From Octopus bimaculoides (Eukaryota): a stretch of DNA of 64,000 nt. Position 1 is the stretch's first letter. Each line of letters opens with the position of its first letter. The DNA lies in the NCBI RefSeq assembly GCF_001194135.2, contig NC_068987.1:63058233-63122232 (forward strand), written 5' to 3'. The notes beneath the pieces are model-generated. The model was not told the DNA's origin and ran no database searches. It saw only the letters and a program-made list of their open reading frames with translations. The position numbers were made by a program, and so were the translations under genes. Of this stretch, positions 1 to 12,506 are shown piece after piece.

Positions 1-140
1 GAAATCGAAATCGAACCAAATTTGAGGACAAGCACCTATACCAACCTCTCCTTCATTGGACACTAAACTCTGCTTGCGAAAACCTGTTGGGGCAAGTGAA
101 ATCGAAATCGTAATTGAACCATATTCGATGACTGGCACCT

Positions 141-607
141 GTGCCAGTGGGGCACTAACAGCACTCTCTAAGCGTGATCATTGCCAGAGCGGCTGTCTGG
201 CATCTGTGCTAGTGGCCCGTAAATAGTACCATTTGAGCGTTATCGTTACCAGCGTCACTAGACCGGAACTTGTGCCAGTGGCACATTAGAAAATCATTCG
301 AGCGAGGTCGTTGCCAGTGCCGCTGTACTGGCTCCTGTGCAGGTGGCACATAAAAAACACCATTTTGAGCATGTCCATTACCAGTACCGCGTGACTGGCC
401 CTCGTGTCGGTAGTACGTAAAAGCACCCACTACATTCTCGGAGTGGTTGGCGTTAGGAAGGGCATCCAGCTGTAGAAACTCTGCCAGATCAGATTGGAGC
501 CTGGTGCAGCCATCCGGTTCACCAGTCATCAGTCAAATCGTCCCAACCCATGCTAGCATGGAAAGCGGACGTTAAACGATGATGATGATGATGATGATGA
601 CATATGA
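141..607 (+). mobile_element. (GAT)n-tailed retroposon family B (RTE-type 3' end or RTE-related SINE); other copies at about 17930-18150 (+), 26960-27145 (-), 31330-31576 (+), 34945-35100 (-), 38487-38705 (-), 50680-50893 (+), 55320-55505 (-), 63415-63610 (-)
   Basis: Shared gagtggttggcgttaggaagggcatccagctgtagaaactctgcca..ggaaagcggacgttaaac(gat)n. Confidence 0.85.
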
Positions 608-1101
608 NNNNNNNNNNNNNNNNNNNNNNNNNNNNNNNNNNNNNNNNNNNNNNNNNNNNNNNNNNNNNNNNNNNNNNNNNNNNNNNNNNNNNNNNNNNNN
701 NNNNNNNNNNNNNNNNNNNNNNNNNNNNNNNNNNNNNNNNNNNNNNNNNNNNNNNNNNNNNNNNNNNNNNNNNNNNNNNNNNNNNNNNNNNNNNNNNNNN
801 NNNNNNNNNNNNNNNNNNNNNNNNNNNNNNNNNNNNNNNNNNNNNNNNNNNNNNNNNNNNNNNNNNNNNNNNNNNNNNNNNNNNNNNNNNNNNNNNNNNN
901 NNNNNNNNNNNNNNNNNNNNNNNNNNNNNNNNNNNNNNNNNNNNNNNNNNNNNNNNNNNNNNNNNNNNNNNNNNNNNNNNNNNNNNNNNNNNNNNNNNNN
1001 NNNNNNNNNNNNNNNNNNNNNNNNNNNNNNNNNNNNNNNNNNNNNNNNNNNNNNNNNNNNNNNNNNNNNNNNNNNNNNNNNNNNNNNNNNNNNNNNNNNN
1101 N
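608..1101. other. Assembly gap; others at 7691-8600, 30328-31073, 32517-32526, 33552-34066, 37620-38043, 38711-39071, 45576-45724, 47692-47701, 54104-54113, 56166-56604
   Basis: Runs of N; ORF-track entries containing X are artefacts of these. Confidence 0.99.
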
Positions 1102-1318
1102 AGTACGTAAAAGCACCCACTACATTCTCGGAGTGGTTGGCGTTAGGAAGGGCATCCAGCTGTAGAAACTCTGCCAAATTAGATTGGAGCCTGGTGTTGC
1201 TATCCGGTTTCACCAGTCCTCAGTCAAATCGTCCAACCCATGCTAGCATGGAAAGCGGACGTTAAACGATGATGATGATGATGATGATGACATATGATAT
1301 ATATACACATTACATATA

Positions 1319-2583
1319 TCAGGTCATCCCATAAGTTCTGTCCGAATTTTGAATAAAGAAAACAAGTGATCAAATGTTATATTTAATTGAAATTTAATCA
1401 TCAACGTACTTTCCCTGATTGTCTATGACTTCCTTCCATCTATTTACAAACTTTTTAATCCCATCAATGTAAAACTCTTTTGGTTTCAAAGCAAAGAACT
1501 CTGAAATGTCAGTTATGACCTCCTCCTGGCTTGCGAAAGTTATGTCCCCCAAGTACAAAACAACAAAACAAATGGTAGTCTGAAGGAGCAAGGTCGGGAG
1601 AATAAGGTGGATGAGAAATTTTTTCCCAATTAAGCGCTTCGATCTTTGTAGTGTGGGGTCACGCATTGTCATGATGAAACATCACTTCTTTTCGATTCAC
1701 TAAAGGTGGTCTTTTTTTTCTTCAAAGCTTGGTTCAAACACTCTAATAGCTGACAGTAGACTTGAGCATTGATTGTGGCATTAGGAGGTAACAATTCAAA
1801 GTGAATTACTCCTTTGCAATCCCACCAGATAGAAAGAACCTTTTCCCCATGAAGTTCCCTTCTTGGTTGTGGTAGAATTTTTCCCCTTTTACCAAGCCAC
1901 TGTTTATGACATTTAACATTTTGATAGAAGATCCATTTTTCTTTATCAGTCACAAGTCTATCTAAAAATGGTGAACTGAATTCGCGAGAATAGAGAGAAG
2001 AGCAGATGTCAACTCAGGATTTGCGATTGCTTTCGGACACTTCATGAGGCACCCATTTTCCAAGTTTAGGAATCTTTCCAAGTTGTTGAAGATTACGATG
2101 ACCAGTTGTATGGTTTGAACTAAACTTTATTGCCAATTCTTCAACTGATAATGCAGGATTTTCTTCAAGTAATGCCTCAGGGAGTCTATCATCAAACTCA
2201 ATTGGACATCCTGTTCAATCTTCATCTTCAAGGCTGAAATCTCCACTTCTGAATTTTGCAAACCATCTTCTGCAAATACTTTCATTCAAGCATTCTTTGC
2301 CATAAACTGAGTTTATGTTTTGAGTCGCTTCGGCTGCAGAGTTTCCTTTTTGTACTCATAAAGCATTATGTGCCTCAAATGCTCTTTGAATACTTCCATG
2401 TTAGAAAGGGTGTTAATGAAAGAAATTTTAATTCTATTATTCTGTAAAATAATATTTAATTAGTTTAAATGTACACAAATGCATAAAAATAATTCTTAAT
2501 TCCATTAGACTTTCTAAAATACTATTAAATTTCATTCAATTTAAAAAAAGGCAAAATCGGACAAAACTTATGGGATGACTTGA
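1319..2583 (-). mobile_element. Full-length mariner (DD34D) DNA transposon, inactive
   Basis: About 30-bp TIRs (tcaggtcatcccataagttctgtccga / tcggacaaaacttatgggatgacttga), TA duplications at 1317-1318 and 2584-2585, length 1265 bp. Confidence 0.93.
1394..2399 (-). pseudogene. Mariner transposase pseudogene
   Basis: MEVFKEHLRHIMLYEYKK..., RRWFAKFRSGDFSLED, KWVPHEV, LVTDKEKW, WWDCKGVIHFELL, HHDNA*PH, SPDLAPSDY, GKYVDD*. Carries frameshifts and three in-frame TGA codons. Confidence 0.93.
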
Positions 2584-2662
2584 TATATACATATATACAA
2601 TATATATAGACATATATATGTATACATATATATAGATATATACATATATATAAATATATTCA

Positions 2663-2698
<36 letters not shown>

Positions 2699-2730
2699 CA
2701 TATATATATTATATATATATTACACACACA
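2584..2730. repeat. (TA)n-type microsatellite; representative of many (TA)n, (TG)n, (GA)n, (TATG)n and (GAT)n tracts across the window (e.g. 10805-10860, 26630-26800, 29630-29850, 37520-37619, 62695-62738)
   Basis: Seen directly. Confidence 0.95.
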
Positions 2731-4299
2731 CAATATACTGGTCGAAACCTATCAAAGTTACATATATATATACACACACATAATGAACTCCTACGCATTC
2801 GAAACAATAAACACCGACTGTGTGTACAACATAAATGATGTTTGTACTTGCATAAGAGATCCAGACTTATTCAATTTAGACAAACAGATGAATATTATGA
2901 CGTTTATGCACGTCTCAATGGTATTGGGAGATACACGATCGCCAATCAAAATTATTAAGTGTTTGTTCTAGACCTGTCGACAGAGAAATAAACATTCACA
3001 GTTTTCGTTTCTTCCTTTTTCTAGTGTGTTTAGATCAGAGACGAGGAACCCTGGCCTGCATCCAAATTTAAAACCGTTCACATACGATATCTAAGAAACC
3101 TTAACATTAAAAAAAACCGCTTCATTCCTAAAAAGCGAAACAGTAATTTTAAGTTGGTTTAACTTTTGAATTTGTAAAATTAAAGATTCGTTATTTCTCT
3201 CAACACGAATGCATCGTCCTTAGGACTAATAAGATACCCCACCCTTGGTTTAGATGTTTGTATTATCTGATCAATCTAGAAGCAATATTTTCGATCAACA
3301 ATTACTTCTAAACCTGTTTTAGAGTAAAGACCACATGTACCATATATCTCCTACTTCTCTTACCAAGCGGTCAGCTTTGCTAGATATCTCATGGAAGATT
3401 TTTTTTTCTATCATTTATTCAATCATTTGTACCAAGCAAGACCCAGTTTCTACATACATCCATACATGACAAACTCAACCACCACCGAACACAACTGACA
3501 ACGAAGCTTGTGCTAAACATCGCATACAAAAACATTCAAAAAGTAGCAGGATCAGCCGCCGCACAGTCAGCTCAACAACCCAGCAGCCGCCCCTCAGCCC
3601 GGCATGTCAATTCTAACTTCTACTACTACTACTACTACTACCACCGCGATTCTTGCAGCACCGGTCGTTCTGAATAGAGGCATTTATCCGTTTTATTTTC
3701 TTCTTTCACTCCTCACACCAGATTGCAGCCATCGTTTCTCTTCCCCCCCCTCCACCTCTCTTTCTCTCTCTCACAAATTATCAACACTATCGACAGCCCT
3801 ACCTCCCGCCTTCCCGGTTTTTAATAATGTCTTTACCCAACATGCAACGGACGAAGGAAGTCCTATTGAAAAATTGAACAGTCAACCCTACCACCTCCAC
3901 TGCCATCATCATCGCCGCCCTTGATTTCTTCCGTCTTCGCTTCTGTTTTTACTCCATAAAACAAAAACCAACCACTGCTTTTAGTATTACTAACCATCAC
4001 AACCAGAGCGGTCTACGGAATAACAGACTGACAGTTTTGATGTAAGATATTATCAGAAACAGTTTAAACAAGAGCCGGACTTCACTTCGATCTTGCTTAG
4101 ATTTCCCCCTTTTTAAATTTTTTTTTATAGCCAAACTTAGGCAAACGAGATGAAGGTAGAAGCCGGAAATCGATAAAATAAATAAGAGTAATAATATATA
4201 AAGAATCGATTTTAAAGAAAAAAAAAAGCAACAAAAAATTTGTGCTTCGCCAAAATGAAATTAGGATCATATTATCGTGTCAATTGTTTGCTTTCATAC

Positions 4300-5050
4300 G
4301 TTCAGCTATTTACATCCTCCCCTTCCCCCTCTTTCACCACCCCTTTTTTCCTCTTTATCACTTCATTCATCCGTTTTCCTCTAGCTTCGATAGAAAGACA
4401 GAACTGAGCATCCATCTCTACCCACTCCTCCCAGCCGATTTCCTTTACCTGCTCCTCCTATGTATTCTTCCTATTTATCACTTCTCTCTATCTTTTCTTC
4501 CTTCAACACATGTTCAATAGTCGCTCTTTTCCTCTCTCGCTTCTTCACTTCACAAACTTAATTTTCATTACTCTTTCCACTACTCACTACTTAATCTCTT
4601 ACTCTCTCTTCCTCTCCCCTCCACATCACGGTGTTAACTCTCTTCCTTTTACTCCTCGTTACCTTTAACATTCCACTTCTCTCTATTTTTACATTCTCAA
4701 CCTCTCTTCCTTTCCCTCCATTTCGTAATCCAGTTTTCCTCTCACTTCATCGTACGTATTCCTCCGTTCCATAACTCTTTCCCTCCTTCCATCTATGTAT
4801 ATATATTTTTTCTCTCTTGCACTTCGTCATAAAGGTTCTTGTCAGACTTAATGTTTTCATACTTTCACCGTCCTTCCTTCTCAACAACCTACATACAATG
4901 CTTCTTATACTTCGCCTCCACGTTGATTTATCCTCTCACTACTACTCAAAATCACCCCCTCACCTTCTCTACTTCACTAATATATTTATGATGAAAACTC
5001 CCTCCCACTTTCACACGAAACCCTTTCCTATTTTCCTCATATCTATGTCT
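4300..5050. repeat. Pyrimidine-rich (C/T) low-complexity tract
   Basis: About 750 nt dominated by C and T on the + strand, no usable ORF. Confidence 0.8.
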
Positions 5051-7466
5051 ATATATATATATGTATACTCTTTTACTTGTTTCAGTCGTGTTGACTGTGG
5101 CCATGCTGGAGCACCGCGGCAAAAGAGACCGATAGAATAAGTACTAGGCTTACAAAGAATAAGTCCTAGGGTCGATTTGCTCGACTAAAGGCGGTACTCC
5201 AGCATGGCCACAGTCAAAATGACTGAAAAGAGTATATATATATATATATATATATTACAAAAACTTCGCTTTTTAATCTGGTGTTAGCTTTGTTTATTGT
5301 CTTTAAACACACCTCCAGTAAGTAAGACTTACATAGATTTGAAGATATATGTGTGCGGTAAAGTGCAGCTTCCATATATAAGGTAGCCTGCATAACTAGA
5401 AGTTCTTAATGCAGATGGCACTCCTTTGTATATTATATTGCGGTGCTCTAGAATGGCCTTTATGCCTAAAATCGTAAGAACATCGCTGCACATACTTCTA
5501 TCTCAGCTGGGGTAGCAAACAAGGTGTTTTTTAACCTCATATATACAGCAGATGACGCATATATACACTAATAACACAGATGGACTAATAACAATACATG
5601 GAATGAAAGAAATGAGAAGATAAAAGGATATTTATACATTCGTTTTAAAGCAATCGATTCTTTTACATATAATTTGTTTTGTCTTTCCTTACAAATGTCA
5701 AAAAATAGGCAGGCTTTCTCCAAACTGGAGCAAAATAAATTGAAACTAAATCATATGTAATTAATGTTTTGGCGTGTAACGTAAGTTTTATATCCATACT
5801 ATATAAATGTTTATCGGAAATAGTTTTGGAACCAACCACTTAGTTCACTAATACTGCTTAGAAAATTCATGTACGCTATTAATACACTCCTATTATGTTC
5901 CTAACAAAACAGAAATTGTATTCGATAAACGAAGAAAATTACTTTTTAAAAAAAAATTCCAACTTGAAAACATCTAACGTCTTCAAATATGGCATCAACA
6001 ACACACAATCGCAATTTAACCCATTCCCTGTCCAACATTTATTTTATAATGGTGTGTGCATCACCTTGTGACTAAAAAAAGCTACGTGTTTTAGTTCTCG
6101 AGATTCGGTTTCGATTCTCTGGTAGTAACTATTCTATTTCATACACACTGTTTTTGTCCTTGACACACACAGGCATGAGTGTTTCAACTTCCTAAACATC
6201 TCTTCTATTTTAAGAGGAAGTCACACAGTTGTCATGCTCTAACACCATGTTCAAAACAATCGATACACATGATTTTCGACTCCCACTTGGAACCATTTCA
6301 CGTCACCGTTGCTTTATGCCTCAAGAAAGGCATGAAAGGTCGCAATCATCCATTACTCGCCCCCCTCTACATTTATCCTTAAAAATGGTTAGGTCCTACA
6401 TAAGAAACGACTGCAATTCCCGACAGATTAAATAAAGTGTAAGCTTGTAAATTAGTCTGCATATGCAAACAGAAAGAGGAATGGAAAAAGAGTTTGGTTA
6501 GGCAAGCTGTTTGTATATGAAAGTTGATGTTTTAGACACAGAGCAGCTCTGATTGAGCAGACCTTTCTTTAGTCAAAGACACTTCATTCGTGGCCATCCT
6601 TTTTAAAATCATTTTCCAGAACACTTCGTGGTTTAGATATCCTTCTGTTTTTCTTTCTTTTTTTTTTTATAACGGTAGGACGTGAAAAATTCGACTGCTA
6701 TTTCTGATCGAACAGAATTTATCAAAAGCATTCCAATTAAGAGCATCCCGTCTTTTTTTCAATTTTATATTTCATTTTAGTTTTTCCATCAACTATTACG
6801 GACTCTTCTTGATTATTTAGATATCCAATGTGTCCTCTAAGCGAGATGTGATTTTAGTATGGTCTCACTGCTCTTCGATGCAAATCGAGTGCTCACACAG
6901 AAGTTTGCCTCATTAGCTTTGCATAAATGAAGGTTATGTGGCTGCTAAAGCTGAGATAAATGGGCCTGAATGTTGTACATTATTGCATGACCCATTCTTA
7001 TAAATAACGTGCAAGCATCAAAAAGAAAGGCTGCTTTTTCATTTACACATCTACAAATAATTGAGAGGTTTGTATAACTTTAAAACACAAATATCTTATA
7101 TACTACAATCCCAACACAAGGTATATTTCATCCCCTTCAATTCTTTAATACATATGCGCGTGTATACAAATATATATATATTACAAACACACACGTATAT
7201 ATACGATAAAACATTAGCCACATGTACATCAACATACAAAGATAAACTTAACACCTCTATTTAAATAGCTAGATAGATCGTGCTACTGTGCGGTCGCTCG
7301 ACCAGCTAGAAATATCAGTCAACCCTCGAATCATAACCTATTGCTCTTAAAAAGCAGATACCGCAGGACAAATGCTAGCTATACGAAATGTATAAATAAA
7401 AAGGATGATCATGGGTAATAATGCGTTTAACCATATGTCTGATAAATTAAAGCTGATCTGGGGCTG

Positions 7467-7503
<37 letters not shown>

Positions 7504-8600
7504 GAACCCATTATTATTATAACTTTGTATGAGTGATGATGTAAGGGAGTAAAGAATAGAGGAAGAAGAAATCAATCAAGCTATATTCAGCTATCAACAT
7601 AAGGCATGATGTGTAGATATCGTTATCTGGCTCTAGGTCAGTCCCAACTGAGCAGGCCTATGATCATAGACATTCCAGTTGTGACCATCTNNNNNNNNNN
7701 NNNNNNNNNNNNNNNNNNNNNNNNNNNNNNNNNNNNNNNNNNNNNNNNNNNNNNNNNNNNNNNNNNNNNNNNNNNNNNNNNNNNNNNNNNNNNNNNNNNN
7801 NNNNNNNNNNNNNNNNNNNNNNNNNNNNNNNNNNNNNNNNNNNNNNNNNNNNNNNNNNNNNNNNNNNNNNNNNNNNNNNNNNNNNNNNNNNNNNNNNNNN
7901 NNNNNNNNNNNNNNNNNNNNNNNNNNNNNNNNNNNNNNNNNNNNNNNNNNNNNNNNNNNNNNNNNNNNNNNNNNNNNNNNNNNNNNNNNNNNNNNNNNNN
8001 NNNNNNNNNNNNNNNNNNNNNNNNNNNNNNNNNNNNNNNNNNNNNNNNNNNNNNNNNNNNNNNNNNNNNNNNNNNNNNNNNNNNNNNNNNNNNNNNNNNN
8101 NNNNNNNNNNNNNNNNNNNNNNNNNNNNNNNNNNNNNNNNNNNNNNNNNNNNNNNNNNNNNNNNNNNNNNNNNNNNNNNNNNNNNNNNNNNNNNNNNNNN
8201 NNNNNNNNNNNNNNNNNNNNNNNNNNNNNNNNNNNNNNNNNNNNNNNNNNNNNNNNNNNNNNNNNNNNNNNNNNNNNNNNNNNNNNNNNNNNNNNNNNNN
8301 NNNNNNNNNNNNNNNNNNNNNNNNNNNNNNNNNNNNNNNNNNNNNNNNNNNNNNNNNNNNNNNNNNNNNNNNNNNNNNNNNNNNNNNNNNNNNNNNNNNN
8401 NNNNNNNNNNNNNNNNNNNNNNNNNNNNNNNNNNNNNNNNNNNNNNNNNNNNNNNNNNNNNNNNNNNNNNNNNNNNNNNNNNNNNNNNNNNNNNNNNNNN
8501 NNNNNNNNNNNNNNNNNNNNNNNNNNNNNNNNNNNNNNNNNNNNNNNNNNNNNNNNNNNNNNNNNNNNNNNNNNNNNNNNNNNNNNNNNNNNNNNNNNNN

Positions 8601-8631
<31 letters not shown>

Positions 8632-10803
8632 CACTTCAAACAACACTTGTGGACAAAAGGAGTAAAAAGAAAAGTAAATGCAAATTTACACATATATATA
8701 TATATATATTTATATTCTTATGTGACTGGAAGTAGGAGAGACTTTCTCCCACTACATCTTTCTAAATGTTTCTTTTACTTTACCATTTTATATTTTTTAC
8801 ACGACGCATACATATCATTTCTTATATAGGCAGAGAATCGAGTCGGATACTTATTAGGGGTGAAGGTACGAGATGTTGTGATATTCGTTCATAGCTTTCG
8901 TTATTATTTTACATTATAACACCCATTTAGGATTTCTTGTCACTGGGGCAAAAACCTAATAGTTGGTCTACTTTATTTTTCGATAGGGATTTCGTCTTTT
9001 CATATATGATATTGAAATCTGTACGTATACATATTGTTTCTAGTAAGGGAAAAGGAAATATAGATATATATATATTACTGGTACTTATTTTATCTACCAC
9101 AACAAACATTTAGGTTGATAGCAGAAAAACTAAAGTCAATACCGACAGATTTTTTTTTTTAATTCAAACCACAGCAAAAACACCTAACTCTATGTTAGAG
9201 TAAAGATCTGAATAATGAAACAATTGAAAAATAACAAAAAATGGAAAAAAAAGTTCGGGAAAAAATCCTAAGTTTGCATTAAGGTTTATGTTGTTTGTTG
9301 TTGGTTTCGTTGTTATTGTTTTGTTATTAATCTTCAAACTAGTCTTCTCTGGATTCCATGAATGAATTTTTTCTGTTTATGCTACAACTTCGCCGATCAA
9401 TTAAATAAATATACACATGTCACTGTGCGAATATATTTCGTTCTTAATTTTATAGTACATTATTTTTTTTCCATAAATAAAATCAATCACAGGACCCAGG
9501 GTGTTTGTTTTTGGTCCAACCTCTCTGAAAATGATTTATAAATAGTTTTTTTTTTCCCCTCTATCTTACATTAAATATATGAAGTAAGGGCGAATTTTGT
9601 TTTTCTCTCCTATTCGATTTTAGAAATAAAATATACATCGGAGAGAAATTTAAGTTGTGAAGTGGATGGATGAAATGCGAGTGAAACTGTTCCAACATGA
9701 GAAAGCGAAAGGGCCAAAACATGAAGGAAAACGACAAACGCATGTTTAGTTCCCGACCAAGTAATTATAATATTCTTTTCTACTCTAGGCACAAGGCCTG
9801 AAATTTTGGGGGAGGGGGCCAGTCGATTAGATCGACCCAGTACGCAACTGGAACTTAATTTATCGACTCCGAAGGGATGAAAGGCAAAGTCGACATCGGC
9901 GGAATTTGAAACTCAGAACGTAAAGACAGACGAAGTAATTATAATATTGGTTTCGTTTATGTTGGCATAGAGAAAGGACATGCATTTTTTTTAGAGGATA
10001 TTTCAAATGAATAACTGTGATGATGATAATGCTTTCCAAGGATGAGCCACATAAATTGAAGTGAAATTTTTTAACTATGCCCGGGAATCGTAACAACATT
10101 AGTTCATTTATTTGTTCTTTTATATAATGACAATAATAACTAATATAGGAAAATGTATATATTTATATATACAACTGTATACATACCTATATGGCACTTA
10201 TACCAAACAAATAAACTGACATGATTTTCGAAACACTATTAAAAAAATCCTTTTAAGTGTTCTAGAGAAATACTATAAGATAAAATGACGATTGCATTAA
10301 TGAGAACTAATATAATTAAATTATATTTTTAAGATTTCCATTATCTTCCTAGACCAAACCATACACGCAACACTAGGAAATATATTTACATTTGTAGAAA
10401 CAGCAACTATTATATTATATATGTGTGTGTGTGTGTGTGTATAAACGGGGACAGTTTAGTTGACAACACCAAGACCTAATTCATTTTTAGAAAACAAAAT
10501 TACGATGGTGACTGTAATGTAGAAGACAAACAGAATACATACAATAATAACCAAACTAAGGTGTAAAGTATTACCTTCTTATATTTGTCTCTTCTCTTCG
10601 TTTGTTGGTTTCCCTTTTCTTAATTTTTTTTTTTCGTTTATATCTGGTCGTTTGGGGGTGAAAATGTGCTTGATTTGAAATCAGGCTTAGATTTTGAGAT
10701 CGTATGCTCCAATATTCGAATTAACTTATGGATTATACAAATACATATTTGTATATATATTCAGAGAAATAAACAAATGATAAATCCAAAATATTGCTGT
10801 CTT

Positions 10804-10860
<57 letters not shown>

Positions 10861-11090
10861 GATGTATGTATAAATATATGAATATTGTTTTTAACTCCTT
10901 TTTTTTTTCTTTTTTCGTTTTCAAACGTCAATTTTCTTTCGTTCTGTCTGCCCCATTTGAAATATATGTCGCAAGCATGGTGCTATCTGTCTATCCAACT
11001 TATAACTGCTCTCAACATAGCTGCTTGCTGCTAAGGCGAACAGCAAATACAAACTAACAATGAAAGCCGACTGGCGGACTGTTTTGAGTA

Positions 11091-11160
11091 TGCGCAGGTC
11101 AGAGGTCAACAGGTCAGATGTCAACGGGTCAACACTTAGCAGCAAGAGATTGCTAGGTCA
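11091..11160. promoter_or_regulatory. Cluster of nuclear-receptor AGGTCA-type half-sites (alternating DR1/DR2) preceded by TGCGCA
   Basis: AGGTCA at 11096, 11103, 11111 and 11155; ATGTCA at 11118; GGGTCA at 11126. The motifs are seen directly; function is inferred. Confidence 0.5.
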
Positions 11161-12506
11161 GCGAACTGTTTGTTTCTATTTGTTATTCAGTTATCTCCCT
11201 TGAAATATGTAATTCTTTTGCTTTTCTTGTGTCATAAGATGACGTGAATTCCTCTGTTGTTGTCGATCATGTATGTTTAACCCTAGGTCAACCATGATCG
11301 CGCATACCTAGCTATGGTGAAAGATCTACCAACAGCATGATCATCAAATTTTTATTATTTTTTCCCCAGCATAGTGTATTTAGGTATACTTTATTTGGTA
11401 TGTCCTTTGTTCTATTTTTTAAAAGGCAGTCTAATGTAATTTAAAAGGGATTCGATTGTTATTTCTAACATGTTGAGTGACCGCGGTTCTTTTGTGGAAA
11501 TCCTGTGTTGAAACGAGGAAACGAGTCTTGTATTTTATTCAATGATAGTTGAGTCTTTTTTTATGTTTATCAGTCTTTCGTCACACGCCATCACTTGTTT
11601 TTAATATCAAAAATTAATTTATCTTTTGGTATGTTTCATCCCACTATCCATCAACTATAGCATCATTCATTCATTAATCAACTCTTGCAGCTTCTTTCTG
11701 ATAAACAGTCATCGATCAGCTTGCTAGAAAAATAGCATTCTACTGCCTAAAACTATAAAACGACACTTTAGATAATGTAGTTCCAGACACACTTCTAAAA
11801 AGATGGATCGGCACGGCTGGAATATTTTTGATCAAAGTTCTGCTCGATCACAGTTGACCTTGGGCTGAACAGTAACAGGGCAGTCGTACTTCTTTTGACA
11901 TTTTGCCGGTAACAACGAAGAATAAAAATAAGTACAAAAGTATTTAAAATATTCCTTATTTTATCGACACCTAAAGGCAAAGGGAACCTGACGTCGGCTG
12001 AATTTGAAATCAGAAGGTAAAGACGGACGAAAGTATTTTGATCGATGTGCAAACAACTTTGTCAGCTCGCTGCTTGTTAAGAAAAAAAAAATGTTCAAAA
12101 TATTGATAAAATAAAATGAGCGTATTATCCGACTAAAAGAACAACGGCAAAGGTTTAATGAATGAAACCACTAAAATCTACCTCAAATCACACCTCTTCG
12201 TTTTACAAAAACAAAGATACATCATGAACAAAGTAGAATTCAAAGAAACCGGGGTTGGTCTGTGTTATAGGTAGGCAGGCAGATAGAGAGATAGACAGAC
12301 AGACAGATAGATAGATAGACATGTGGATAGATGTTTGTAGAATTTTATATAAATAAAAATGCCTCACAATTTTGTACCATTGTAACAGCTATATAATCGT
12401 AAGGTATTTATATAAACATATATTCTACGCTCTCTTGTATTAGATCCTTTCTTACATTTAGTTTTATTGGATGTAGATCATGGGCTAAATTATCTATCTA
12501 TATCTA

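Noticed and set aside
420-1290. Apparent direct repeat of a family B 3' end on both sides of the first gap
   Set aside because: Nearly identical sequence, including the unique flank catatga, on both sides of an N-gap; most likely overlapping contig ends, though a true tandem copy cannot be excluded.
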